The notes under the pieces were generated by a model. That model did not search any database. It was not told the origin of the DNA and saw only the letters and a program-made list of their open reading frames with translations. A program made the translations under genes and the position numbers. A stretch of 64,000 bases of DNA from a virus (Duplodnaviria; Caudoviricetes), in IMG/VR virus record IMGVR_UViG_3300031134_000001, positions 192,001 through 256,000 of that record. One strand, given 5' to 3'. Below, piece after piece: positions 1-7,620 of this stretch (position 1 is its first letter; each line of letters begins with the position of its first letter).

Positions 1-49
1 CCTGGCCGGCTTCGTCGCCTACGAGTTCTACAAGCAGAACAAGTCGTAA
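1..49 (+). CDS. 3' end of an upstream CDS (partial; ...LAGFVAYEFYKQNKS*)
   Basis: Open frame from base 2 to TAA at 47-49; hydrophobic segment followed by a basic tail. Confidence 0.5.
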   Translation, partial: LAGFVAYEFYKQNKS

Positions 50-59
50 CGGTTTCTCT

Positions 60-137
60 GGGGGTATCGCCAAGTTGGTCTAAGGCAGTGGATTTTGATT
101 CCACGACGCGAAGGTTCGAATCCTTCTGCCCCTTCCA
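60..137 (+). tRNA. tRNA-Gln (UUG)
   Basis: Acceptor GGGGGTA/TGCCCCT, anticodon arm GTGGA-TTTTGAT-TCCAC (TTG at 95-97), T loop TTCGAAT, CCA at 135-137. Confidence 0.93.
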
Positions 138-155
138 GTTTCAAGCAGTAAATGA

Positions 156-232
156 TCACCGATAGCACAGCTGGTAGTTGCACCGGACTGTTAATCCGGA
201 TGTCCCTGGTTCGAGTCCAGGTCGGTGAGCCA
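156..232 (+). tRNA. tRNA-Asn (GUU)
   Basis: Acceptor TCACCGA/TCGGTGA, anticodon arm CCGGA-CTGTTAA-TCCGG (GTT at 190-192), TTCGAGT loop, CCA at 230-232. Confidence 0.96.
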
Positions 233-246
233 TAAAAGTTCTTAGG

Positions 247-323
247 GGTGAGTGTAGCTCAGTTGGTCAGAGTCCTGGGTTGTGATCCCAGTGGTCGTGG
301 GTTCGAGTCCCATCATTCACCCC
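247..323 (+). tRNA. tRNA-His (GUG), G-1 present, CCA not fully encoded
   Basis: G-1 (247) opposite C73 (321), acceptor GTGAGTG/CATTCAC, anticodon arm CTGGG-TTGTGAT-CCCAG; the 3' end reads C-C-T instead of CCA. Confidence 0.93.
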
Positions 324-352
324 TAAGCGCTTTTGCGTTGTATCGTTTCATC

Positions 353-457
353 GGGTTTAGTACTGCTGCACCGCGGGTCGCCATGTCCGCACAGTACGAG
401 CGCAGCCTCGTAAAGTATTCAGATTGACTTTAAGGTCTCTTTACTGAACCCACCCCA
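353..457 (+). ncRNA. candidate structured RNA between tRNA-His and tRNA-Thr
   Basis: 10-bp closing helix GGGTTTAGTA/TACTGAACCC, three internal hairpins, possible GCTGC/GCAGC pseudoknot; no T-loop consensus. Confidence 0.5.
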
Positions 458-460
458 TTC

Positions 461-536
<76 letters not shown>

Positions 537-550
537 AAAAGAAAGTGGCC

Positions 551-796
551 ATGCTTAAATCCATTACGACCTTTACCAAAAGTTCCATCGCTTCGCTTAA
601 CTCAGCCCAGCTTAAAGCTTGTAACGATTTAGGCAGGGCAATTACAGGTGTGTGGAAAGTAAACGGCGATATTCGGGTAGTCCAGGTGGACAACAAAGAT
701 TACCCGATGTATTACTGGAACGAAGACAAGTGGGTTAGTTTTACGCCCCTTGCTTTGACACCAACAGATTCCATAAAACGTACTGATGAGTCGTGA
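551..796 (+). CDS. hypothetical protein (81 aa)
   Basis: ATG at 551 right after tRNA-Thr; the ORF-track start at 476 lies inside the tRNA. Confidence 0.65.
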   Translation: MLKSITTFTKSSIASLNSAQLKACNDLGRAITGVWKVNGDIRVVQVDNKDYPMYYWNEDKWVSFTPLALTPTDSIKRTDES

Positions 797-869
797 AAGT
801 CGACGCCTACTTCGGTAGGTAAGGTTGCAAATCCTTCGAAACGCTCTTAGAGCGTCTACGATATCGGGA
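771..869 (+). ncRNA. type I hammerhead ribozyme with expanded stem II region; predicted cleavage after C856
   Basis: Core CTGATGA (783-789), G790, C837, GAAA (838-841), stem III ACGCTC/GAGCGT, GTC triplet (854-856), stem I CGTA/TACG (779-782/857-860). Confidence 0.8.
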
Positions 870-1195
870 CTTAACAGTGGCATCTCGTTTCTCTGTCGCC
901 TCCCCTTTAAGGGCGGGTTTGATGGGGTTTAGCTTTAACCGATGATAAGGTTAATGAAACTGTACGACTATCGTTGTTTGCTCTAGCCTCCTATCAAGAG
1001 ACTTTAGTAAATGGGTTAGTAAGTTGTATGCAATCTGTCGGGTTTAACGTTAGCCAAAAGCAGCGGAGATCTCGGCTAAAATGCATGCAGCGCGTAGGAG
1101 ATCGATTGGTTGTGGCCACGGTCAGTCGGTGGTTCTACGTTAGTTGTGTGGGAACGAGCAGAAGAGTCGCGGCGTAGAGAACCGCTGCTTTTTTG
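857..1195 (+). ncRNA. candidate large structured ncRNA (copy A)
   Basis: No credible ORF; helices ACAGT/ACTGT and AAAAGCAGCGG/CCGCTGCTTTT followed by a U-tract; long-range 865-872/1164-1171 pairing. Confidence 0.55.
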
Positions 1196-1239
1196 CTTGG
1201 TTCCTTTTTTATGCTGTCAAATTTTTAAGGGAATACAAA

Positions 1240-1956
1240 ATGTGGCAATTACTCCTGCGTCTGTTTGGTGGCGGCAAATCAAAACAACAAGAGCCAGTCG
1301 ACACCCGGACCTTGGGTGAAATGGGTATCGTCAAAGCTAACAACATTACCGTAAACGGTAGTGAAGGTAGCGGCCTTAGTATCGGACATGGCAGCGTTAC
1401 TATTGGAAAGCTGAAAATCAAAGCTGCGGGTGAACTGGACTTCTGGATGGAAGGTGATGTCGTTTTTGTGAAAGCTAACAATCCCATTATCGAGAATCCG
1501 GACAATGTCAAGGTGCAAATCATCTCACCGCCACCCAAAGAGATTCAACATCTTAGTCCGCGTTCTATGTCGCGGCAGTCAGTTCGTCCGCCTAAGAAGT
1601 TTGACCCAACCACGACCGAACGTGCTATCAAACGTTTCGACGCGATCAACCGTAGTCGCCCTGACTCGCCGCGGTTATATCCTTACCCGGCGAATACAGG
1701 CAACGCCAATCGCCATGCTGTCATCGACGATTCGATCTACTACACGCCATCCCGTCCAATCACGGGTTACAACGCAGATACTGAGCCGCAGCGGTATAGC
1801 TGTGTCAATCCGTCGCCAGCGCCCGCAGTACCTTACAACCCGCCCTGCCCTGCGCCATCGTACAACAATCCGTCGCCGTCGTATTACAGCGATCCATCCC
1901 CGTCGTGGGATAGCGGTGGCTCTTCGGGTGGTTCCGACGGTGGCGGGTGCGACTGA
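1240..1956 (+). CDS. hypothetical protein with amphipathic N-terminus and Pro/Ser/Gly-rich tail
   Basis: AAGGGA RBS before ATG 1240; ends PSPSWDSGGSSGGSDGGGCD. Confidence 0.75.
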   Translation: MWQLLLRLFGGGKSKQQEPVDTRTLGEMGIVKANNITVNGSEGSGLSIGHGSVTIGKLKIKAAGELDFWMEGDVVFVKANNPIIENPDNVKVQIISPPPKEIQHLSPRSMSRQSVRPPKKFDPTTTERAIKRFDAINRSRPDSPRLYPYPANTGNANRHAVIDDSIYYTPSRPITGYNADTEPQRYSCVNPSPAPAVPYNPPCPAPSYNNPSPSYYSDPSPSWDSGGSSGGSDGGGCD

Positions 1957-1958
1957 CC

Positions 1959-2243
1959 ATGTCAATCTATCCCAAAGATTGGCCACGACCTGACCATGTC
2001 CCGGACCATGCTACTCTCAGTAGCACTGAAGGTACACCGATGTGGGTGTGGCAAGGTGGTCCAGCGCGCCCTGAGCGATCAATCATTTCGGCGTATACTT
2101 TAAATTTTCTCGAACGAAGCCAGCCTAAGCGTGTTAAGTACACATCTGCTCGCGTTCTGCCACCTTTGAGTAAAATTGGATTGGCTGTGCTACTACTATG
2201 CAGAGGTAAGCATGAGAGCGCTGATGGTATAGACATCCATTAG
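1959..2243 (+). CDS. hypothetical protein
   Basis: ORF directly following the previous stop. Confidence 0.55.
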   Translation: MSIYPKDWPRPDHVPDHATLSSTEGTPMWVWQGGPARPERSIISAYTLNFLERSQPKRVKYTSARVLPPLSKIGLAVLLLCRGKHESADGIDIH

Positions 2244-2255
2244 GAAAGAAATACC

Positions 2256-2384
2256 ATGACAATGTACTTAGGGATTTGGATGGCGTTGATGGGTTGGACG
2301 GTAACGGTGGTTGATGGTTTACCAGTCTGGTCTCACGCTAGCGGATTGGTGATGTACAATCAAGGCCAAGATAAATCGCTGTGA
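2256..2384 (+). CDS. small hypothetical protein (42 aa)
   Basis: AGGAAAG RBS, ATG 2256 to TGA 2384; below the ORF-track cutoff. Confidence 0.4.
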   Translation: MTMYLGIWMALMGWTVTVVDGLPVWSHASGLVMYNQGQDKSL

Positions 2385-2409
2385 CGTAAACGGATAAAGG
2401 AAAAGAATC

Positions 2410-2745
2410 ATGACGAAGAAAGATTACCAGTATTTTGAAAAGTGTCGTACGGACTTTGTGGATATCTCCATCGACATTCTTTCCAAATGCGGTCGGCATG
2501 AGTTCTTTTATGCGGTGCTCGAAGCAGACGTAAAGAACGGCTCAGGTCGTCAACGCATCACCGCAGGCTTTGTTGAAGAGTTCATCTCTTACTTCAAAAC
2601 CCATGCAATCGATCTTGAATACGTTGCGCAGTTCAAGATGTTCAAAATGACGCTTGACTTGAAGAAGTGTAATTTGGATGTGCATCGGTTCAAAGCTGTG
2701 ACCGAAGCCCTGAAGAACTTCTCGCAACCGGCGGTACCAGCGTAA
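2410..2745 (+). CDS. hypothetical protein
   Basis: AAGGAAAAG RBS, clean ORF. Confidence 0.75.
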   Translation: MTKKDYQYFEKCRTDFVDISIDILSKCGRHEFFYAVLEADVKNGSGRQRITAGFVEEFISYFKTHAIDLEYVAQFKMFKMTLDLKKCNLDVHRFKAVTEALKNFSQPAVPA

Positions 2746-2752
2746 GAATTTC

Positions 2753-2837
2753 CCCCGGATGATGAAATTGGTAGACATGACGTTCTTAAACAGCGTTGCC
2801 GCGAGGCGTACCGGTTCGAGCCCGGTTCCGGGGACCA
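2753..2837 (+). tRNA. tRNA-Leu (UAA)
   Basis: Acceptor CCCCGGA/TCCGGGG, anticodon loop CTTAAAC (TAA at 2787-2789), long variable arm GCC-GCGA-GGC, A73 then CCA. Confidence 0.94.
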
Positions 2838-2846
2838 AACACAAAA

Positions 2847-2881
2847 GCATAGCCAGAGGTAACGCCTCTGGTTTTATGCCG
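2847..2881 (+). terminator. hairpin terminator flanked by GCATA and TATGCCG
   Basis: CCAGAGG-TAACG-CCTCTGG then TTTTATGCCG. Confidence 0.75.
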
Positions 2882-2954
2882 TTAATTACTGAGAGTAGTT
2901 ACTCTCGCACTATTTTCAAATAGTCCACACCCTTTAATAGGGAGAAGGTGTATC

Positions 2955-3485
2955 ATGTACTGCATCATCGCCAACGTCAAAGAAGACAAAGCATTTCGTA
3001 ACGGTGCCAAGGTGTATCTCCTCAACGGCAGGCAAAGCTCTAACAGTGTTGAAGTTCATGGCATTAGCAAAGGCGGTCGGAAGATTAACAAGTACATCCC
3101 GTACAAACGCTTGGAGAACTTCCGCGCTGCATGGGTGCCTGACCATCTGAACTACGAGAAAACCAAAGTATGGTGGGGGGTGGGATGCTGGTGGGAACTC
3201 AAGGAAGACGCGCAAGACGCGGCGAATAAGCTGGCGATGATCTGGGCGGGCATTCGTTACTTTAGTGAAAACGAAGGGCGCTTGATGCAAGATGGTGCGC
3301 CAACCAGTGAAGCACATAACCGCGCTCGCGGAGAACGGCTGGCTAGTCACTATAGCTGTAACTGCATTCCTATGGAATTCATGAAAGTTGGCCACACCAC
3401 CCATCAACGTTTTACACCTTCTGAATTGAAATTGAACAATGTCCAAATATCTCCGCCAACCACCCCAAGCCCTAAGCCCGATTGA
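2955..3485 (+). CDS. hypothetical phage protein
   Basis: GGGAGAAGG RBS, 176 aa ORF. Confidence 0.75.
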   Translation: MYCIIANVKEDKAFRNGAKVYLLNGRQSSNSVEVHGISKGGRKINKYIPYKRLENFRAAWVPDHLNYEKTKVWWGVGCWWELKEDAQDAANKLAMIWAGIRYFSENEGRLMQDGAPTSEAHNRARGERLASHYSCNCIPMEFMKVGHTTHQRFTPSELKLNNVQISPPTTPSPKPD

Positions 3486-3969
3486 ACTTGATCTGACCAA
3501 AAAGGTTTTCAGAGAAAACTACGATTTGGTTGGCGAAACAGTCGACCGGTTCATCGATGAGATCGCCAAATTAGCGTATGCGAACGGTGTGGAAGATACG
3601 CGCAAAAACATCACTGACCACACACCCGACTTTTTCCCAGACTTGCCACCACCGGCGATGTTGTATTCGTTGTTTCCCAATGCCCCCCGTTACTATGAGT
3701 CGGGACAAATGCACCTTCATGCAGATGCCGCGGTTCAGTGCTACGAGAAAACACGAGCGCCTAAGGACCCAGCTGACGGTGACGCGGTGGCTTGGGCGGT
3801 GTGGAATATCCGAGAAGACAAACCCAAGTTCATCTCGACCAACAAAGGCTATATCAAAACGTTCATGGGTACTGTTGTCAAAGCCCATGAACCATACGAG
3901 TTCCGTGCATTGACGGTCGAACAACTCATCGCTTTGGTACGGCTACACAACAAAGTTACTTCGCTATAA
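3439..3969 (+). CDS. hypothetical protein
   Basis: 176 aa ORF overlapping the previous gene end. Confidence 0.7.
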   Translation: MSKYLRQPPQALSPIELDLTKKVFRENYDLVGETVDRFIDEIAKLAYANGVEDTRKNITDHTPDFFPDLPPPAMLYSLFPNAPRYYESGQMHLHADAAVQCYEKTRAPKDPADGDAVAWAVWNIREDKPKFISTNKGYIKTFMGTVVKAHEPYEFRALTVEQLIALVRLHNKVTSL

Positions 3970-3978
3970 AGGATCATC

Positions 3979-4245
3979 ATGTTCGCATGGATTGGCAATC
4001 TTTTCTCACGGCCACCCAAACAAGTCCAAGTTGTCAAAGCAGGCGGTGTAGGTATACAAGCTGGGCGCTCGGCAAACAACGCGGTGGTGGCTAACTGGGA
4101 TTATCCAGAAGACCAGCATGCTCCAGAACCACAGGACGCGCCTAGTGGTCGTAACTGGATCGACCGACATCCGTATCGCTCTGACAATCGTAAAGCGCCT
4201 ACGGCGGCGTGTGGCCATCCCTGCGACACTTGCAAAGATAAGTAA
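3979..4245 (+). CDS. hypothetical protein
   Basis: AAGGA RBS; amphipathic N-terminus MFAWIGNLFSR; C-terminal CGHPCDTC. Confidence 0.7.
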   Translation: MFAWIGNLFSRPPKQVQVVKAGGVGIQAGRSANNAVVANWDYPEDQHAPEPQDAPSGRNWIDRHPYRSDNRKAPTAACGHPCDTCKDK

Positions 4246-4337
4246 TGGCGTGCACTTGTAAGTGTAGTCATTGCCAACAGATGGGCAATGTGCCAAACCC
4301 GAAACCCAAACCCGTTAAGCCGCCTAAGGCGAAATAA
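4245..4337 (+). CDS. Cys/Pro/Lys-rich micropeptide (30 aa)
   Basis: TAATG coupling with the upstream gene; MACTCKCSHCQQMGNVPNPKPKPVKPPKAK; ends just before the terminator. Confidence 0.45.
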   Translation: MACTCKCSHCQQMGNVPNPKPKPVKPPKAK

Positions 4338-4338
4338 A

Positions 4339-4360
4339 TAGAGGAGCTACGGCTCCTCTG
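4339..4360 (+). terminator. hairpin terminator
   Basis: AGAGGAGC-TACG-GCTCCTCT followed by GTTATGTTG. Confidence 0.7.
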
Positions 4361-4503
4361 TTATGTTGTCTGTTTTTCATGAATGATGTTTCCGTAGTAC
4401 ATTTTATGTCGAAACTTACGTGGTTTCATTTTGACAGACAACTGTATAGCGAGGACACTATCGTGACGTTCAATGTAACAGCCTTAAACGCGGAGCGTGA
4501 ATA

Positions 4504-4770
4504 ATGAATCCTCATTTTCACATGAAGCCAGAAATGTCGTCCTTGCGGGTGTATTCTGCCCCCAACGGCTACGAAGAACGCCGTCCGTATGACGGCATCA
4601 TCATGGTAAACCACTTAACTGACACCGTCGTTTATCTGCACGGCGCAATCGGTAAGGTTGATCGTGGCACGTACACCATGGCTTTGAAACTGCTGCGCGA
4701 TAGCGGCGTGAAGAAAGTCATGTACGAACGTCGCGGTGAAATGAAGACCATGCATTTGGCAGAGCTGTAA
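4504..4770 (+). CDS. hypothetical protein
   Basis: 88 aa ORF with GGAG upstream. Confidence 0.7.
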   Translation: MNPHFHMKPEMSSLRVYSAPNGYEERRPYDGIIMVNHLTDTVVYLHGAIGKVDRGTYTMALKLLRDSGVKKVMYERRGEMKTMHLAEL

Positions 4771-4844
4771 TGGCAAGACACTATTTACTTAAGAGGACGG
4801 GCTTAGGCTCGCCCTCTTGCTATGCCGTCTTAATTTTTCACGAC

Positions 4845-4852
4845 TATATCAC
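4845..4852 (+). promoter_or_regulatory. putative early (virion RNAP) promoter TATATCAC
   Basis: Matches the phiKZ early consensus TATATTAC at 7 of 8 positions; T-rich/CACG context shared with the other copies. Confidence 0.65.
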
Positions 4853-4889
4853 TAACAAGTACATGCTAATAACTAACAAGGAAACTGAC

Positions 4890-5366
4890 ATGCTTGCGTT
4901 AGAAACAAAGGGATTAATTACACAAGCTGATTTTGTCATTCTCGATAGTGTCGACGAAATGATTGCCTTGTATGATTTACTCGAATTGACCAATCCTGAA
5001 AGATCTTTTCGAGGAACCATCGACGGCTTAATCTCATCGATTATTGAAATGTGTTTTTTTAAACGGTGCGCCCAAGAGGAACTCGACACCTATTTAGAAA
5101 CAAACTACTTTGTACACAAGCTACCCAATGCCGTTATCGCCAAGCAATGGAACGTTGTTATTGTTCATGCTAGCAATGGGGCTGAAGTGGTAGATCGTCG
5201 TAAGAATCGACGTAATCCAAAAGAGATCATCGAAACGCTAGCGCGAAACATCTGGTATCAGTTGTCCACTTACCAGCTGTACGATCCACACGGCACGCTG
5301 ATGTTTGAATACGATCCGACGTCGCCAGACGGATCGATAGAAATCAGGCTGCGTCGTTTACGCTAA
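4890..5366 (+). CDS. hypothetical protein, LY-x-x-x-G paralog family
   Basis: Likely start 4890 (AAC-rich leader plus AAGGA); the ORF-track start 4770 runs through a terminator and promoter. Confidence 0.7.
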   Translation: MLALETKGLITQADFVILDSVDEMIALYDLLELTNPERSFRGTIDGLISSIIEMCFFKRCAQEELDTYLETNYFVHKLPNAVIAKQWNVVIVHASNGAEVVDRRKNRRNPKEIIETLARNIWYQLSTYQLYDPHGTLMFEYDPTSPDGSIEIRLRRLR

Positions 5367-5441
5367 CGACATTAACTTCAAGCAATTTTTCGGTAATCTT
5401 TGATCTGCAACCCCTATCGAATGTGAGAAAAGGATTCAAGG

Positions 5442-5864
5442 ATGTCAATGCTCTACACCCGCACCATTATTACCACCAATGGTTGGATTGAAAAACTACG
5501 CGCTTTGCTACCGCACGTGACGGATAACGTCGACGAAGCCTTTCGTGGTTTGGTCAATGCGGTGGTGGAGTCTGTGCGTTATCGTGACAAGGCAATGCGT
5601 GAGATCGTTGTCATGTCACAAGCGTTAGAACGTAACCTCGATTACGGCGTAACTGTCAAGAAGGAACTTGTCGCCACCATCAAAGAGCTGGCCAAAGAAG
5701 TGTACTTCCAAGTGGAGAGCTACAATCTCTACAACGAAAGCGGTATTCTCATGTACACGTATTTCTGGCATCCCGATACGGGCTTTGATGACATTATTTT
5801 GCACCCTATCATTTCTTTGACATACAACCCAACGGTTCCCTGCTATGAGCCCAGGACCTACTAG
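5442..5864 (+). CDS. hypothetical protein, LY-x-x-x-G paralog family
   Basis: ESYNLYNESGILMYTY motif. Confidence 0.75.
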   Translation: MSMLYTRTIITTNGWIEKLRALLPHVTDNVDEAFRGLVNAVVESVRYRDKAMREIVVMSQALERNLDYGVTVKKELVATIKELAKEVYFQVESYNLYNESGILMYTYFWHPDTGFDDIILHPIISLTYNPTVPCYEPRTY

Positions 5865-6390
5865 ATCCCCACACCGGGTGTTCATCATCGACTTAAGGCA
5901 ACAGCTCATCGGGTTTCAAGAAATCGTTTCAGACTACTGTGACGACTTTGACTTGGTCAATGAACTAAGTCTACTGACGGTGACGATGAATTTGCTCCAC
6001 GTGCGTGACGCTGTGGGTGAAGCTATCGAAGCCATGGAAATTCACGTCAATAGCTTTTGTCGTTATGAGCACAACGTCTTTAACACCATGCGCCTGCGTT
6101 CGGTCATTGCCGCTTACATGCATGAGATGCACGACATCTTTGTGCAAGCTGGCTTGTACGAACACGGCTGTTATTTAGGGTACACCTTCGGTGGTTGGAT
6201 TGCGCCTTTCGAAGCGCGTATTGTGCCCTATACCCACATGGACGAATACCCGCACGCCCGTAACACGATTGTGCAGTGCGAACCCCTGTCGAATAACCCA
6301 CTTGACAGGTTTCCTGAAGTGCGTGACCCTGACACCATTCGCATCCGCTTTAATGCGTTACTGCGCGGCGAAGAAACAATCCCCTACTAA
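5845..6390 (+). CDS. hypothetical protein, LY-x-x-x-G paralog family
   Basis: QAGLYEHGCYLGYTF motif. Confidence 0.7.
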   Translation: MSPGPTRSPHRVFIIDLRQQLIGFQEIVSDYCDDFDLVNELSLLTVTMNLLHVRDAVGEAIEAMEIHVNSFCRYEHNVFNTMRLRSVIAAYMHEMHDIFVQAGLYEHGCYLGYTFGGWIAPFEARIVPYTHMDEYPHARNTIVQCEPLSNNPLDRFPEVRDPDTIRIRFNALLRGEETIPY

Positions 6391-6460
6391 AAACCCATAC
6401 GGCGTTTTTATCCAGCACTACTATACACAGCCAAACCACGGCAACTAATGAGAGGTTATC

Positions 6461-6829
6461 ATGACTACATCTTCCGTAAGCAAAGCTCCAATGCCCGTTC
6501 GTGTGCGACCGACGCACCGCACATGGCAATCGGTAAACGGGAAAGTGGTGACTGCTGAAAAAGTAGAAGCCCCCGCACCAACACTGACCAGCGTTGACTG
6601 GGAAGCACACGTCGTTGACACGGCTACCGACACCGATGTTGCGCATTACCCTACCGTTACCGGCACAGTCAATGTACCAGAAGGTGCCGATCCAAGCAGC
6701 GACATCGAAGCGGAATACATCGTGCGGTGCAAGTACGCTGACGGCGATAAACTCGACGTTGATAAGCTGATTAAAAACGTCCAAGCAGGGATCTGGGAAA
6801 TCCACCACAAAGTACCAGAGCCGGCATAA
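6461..6829 (+). CDS. hypothetical protein
   Basis: GAGAGG RBS, 122 aa. Confidence 0.75.
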   Translation: MTTSSVSKAPMPVRVRPTHRTWQSVNGKVVTAEKVEAPAPTLTSVDWEAHVVDTATDTDVAHYPTVTGTVNVPEGADPSSDIEAEYIVRCKYADGDKLDVDKLIKNVQAGIWEIHHKVPEPA

Positions 6830-6871
6830 TGCCACCGCCCACCTGACTTCGGTTGGGTGGGTCGTATGCCG
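6822..6871 (+). terminator. CGGCATA-hairpin-TATGCCG element
   Basis: CCCACCTGAC-TTCG-GTTGGGTGGG flanked by exact inverted CGGCATA/TATGCCG. Confidence 0.8.
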
Positions 6872-6935
6872 ACATTCTTTTTTTACAGAGGGTAACCATC
6901 ATGTTGACAGATACGCCCCTAGAACTTTTAAGGGC

Positions 6936-6943
6936 TATATCAC
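6936..6943 (+). promoter_or_regulatory. putative early promoter TATATCAC
   Basis: TATATCAC-TAGGGTG upstream of the 7007 ORF. Confidence 0.65.
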
Positions 6944-7006
6944 TAGGGTGATACCTTTCTGAGTGTCAACCTATAATTTTGTCTATAACTAACAACAAAG
7001 ATTTCT

Positions 7007-7609
7007 ATGTCAACCAAACTGAAAGCCAAAAAGATCGTTGCTACGGTAGCGAATGCTCACGCACCGAAGTCGCAATCGCGACGCGTTTTCGGCGACTTTC
7101 TGAAACACGATGCGTTTGTCATTACGTCTAGCCGCATGTCGCTGGATGCCACGATGCGTATCGCCAACGGCAAAGGCAACTTCAAAGATTGGGACACCAT
7201 TACCAATCGCCTGTATGCTGGCTCGTTCATGTATCACCACTACTTCAAACCGAACCAAGACATTGTCGACGTGGTAAACCGCGCCGTCGATTCGGTCAAG
7301 CTCATCATGGTTCGTACGCTCTGCATCGGCGCTGACGGCTTTGGCATGCGGCCGAAAGAACTGGAGTACGTCCTTGAAGCGCTGGAACTGTTTGACACCA
7401 TGACGCGCTCCATGACATCCCAGGAAGTCATGCTGTCATACCACAACGCCGGTAACTATTTGGACGAAGTGCTCAAGGTCAACCAAGAAGCCATCGACAA
7501 GTTTCACAAACAAGAAAGCTTTTACAATTCACAACGGATGTTGCTAGACCTGGCTCTGGAACATCAGCAATACGTCGTCCCTCTCGGTTCTTGCCCTTGG
7601 GCTAGTTAA
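7007..7609 (+). CDS. hypothetical protein
   Basis: 200 aa ORF with AAC-rich leader. Confidence 0.8.
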   Translation: MSTKLKAKKIVATVANAHAPKSQSRRVFGDFLKHDAFVITSSRMSLDATMRIANGKGNFKDWDTITNRLYAGSFMYHHYFKPNQDIVDVVNRAVDSVKLIMVRTLCIGADGFGMRPKELEYVLEALELFDTMTRSMTSQEVMLSYHNAGNYLDEVLKVNQEAIDKFHKQESFYNSQRMLLDLALEHQQYVVPLGSCPWAS

Positions 7610-7620
7610 AAGGAAAAAGC

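Noticed and set aside
353-457. HDV-like theta ribozyme after tRNA-His
   Set aside because: A P1/P3-like nesting can be drawn, but there is no P1.1, P4 or catalytic C-x-A J4/2, and it does not abut the tRNA 3' end.
939-963. Second hammerhead-like signature CCGATGA...GAAAC
   Set aside because: No G10.1-C11.1 pair, no stem III and no NUH triplet; explained by the TTAACC/GGTTAA hairpin.
857-1195. tmRNA, RNase P or group I intron identity for ncRNA A or B
   Set aside because: No tRNA-like ends or tag frame. GACTTA/AAGTC recalls RNase P P4 or group I P7, but the strand order is reversed or the other core elements are missing.
4770-4889. N-terminal 40 aa of ORF 4770..5366
   Set aside because: Spans a terminator hairpin, TATGCCG and an early promoter; the start at 4890 has the proper leader.
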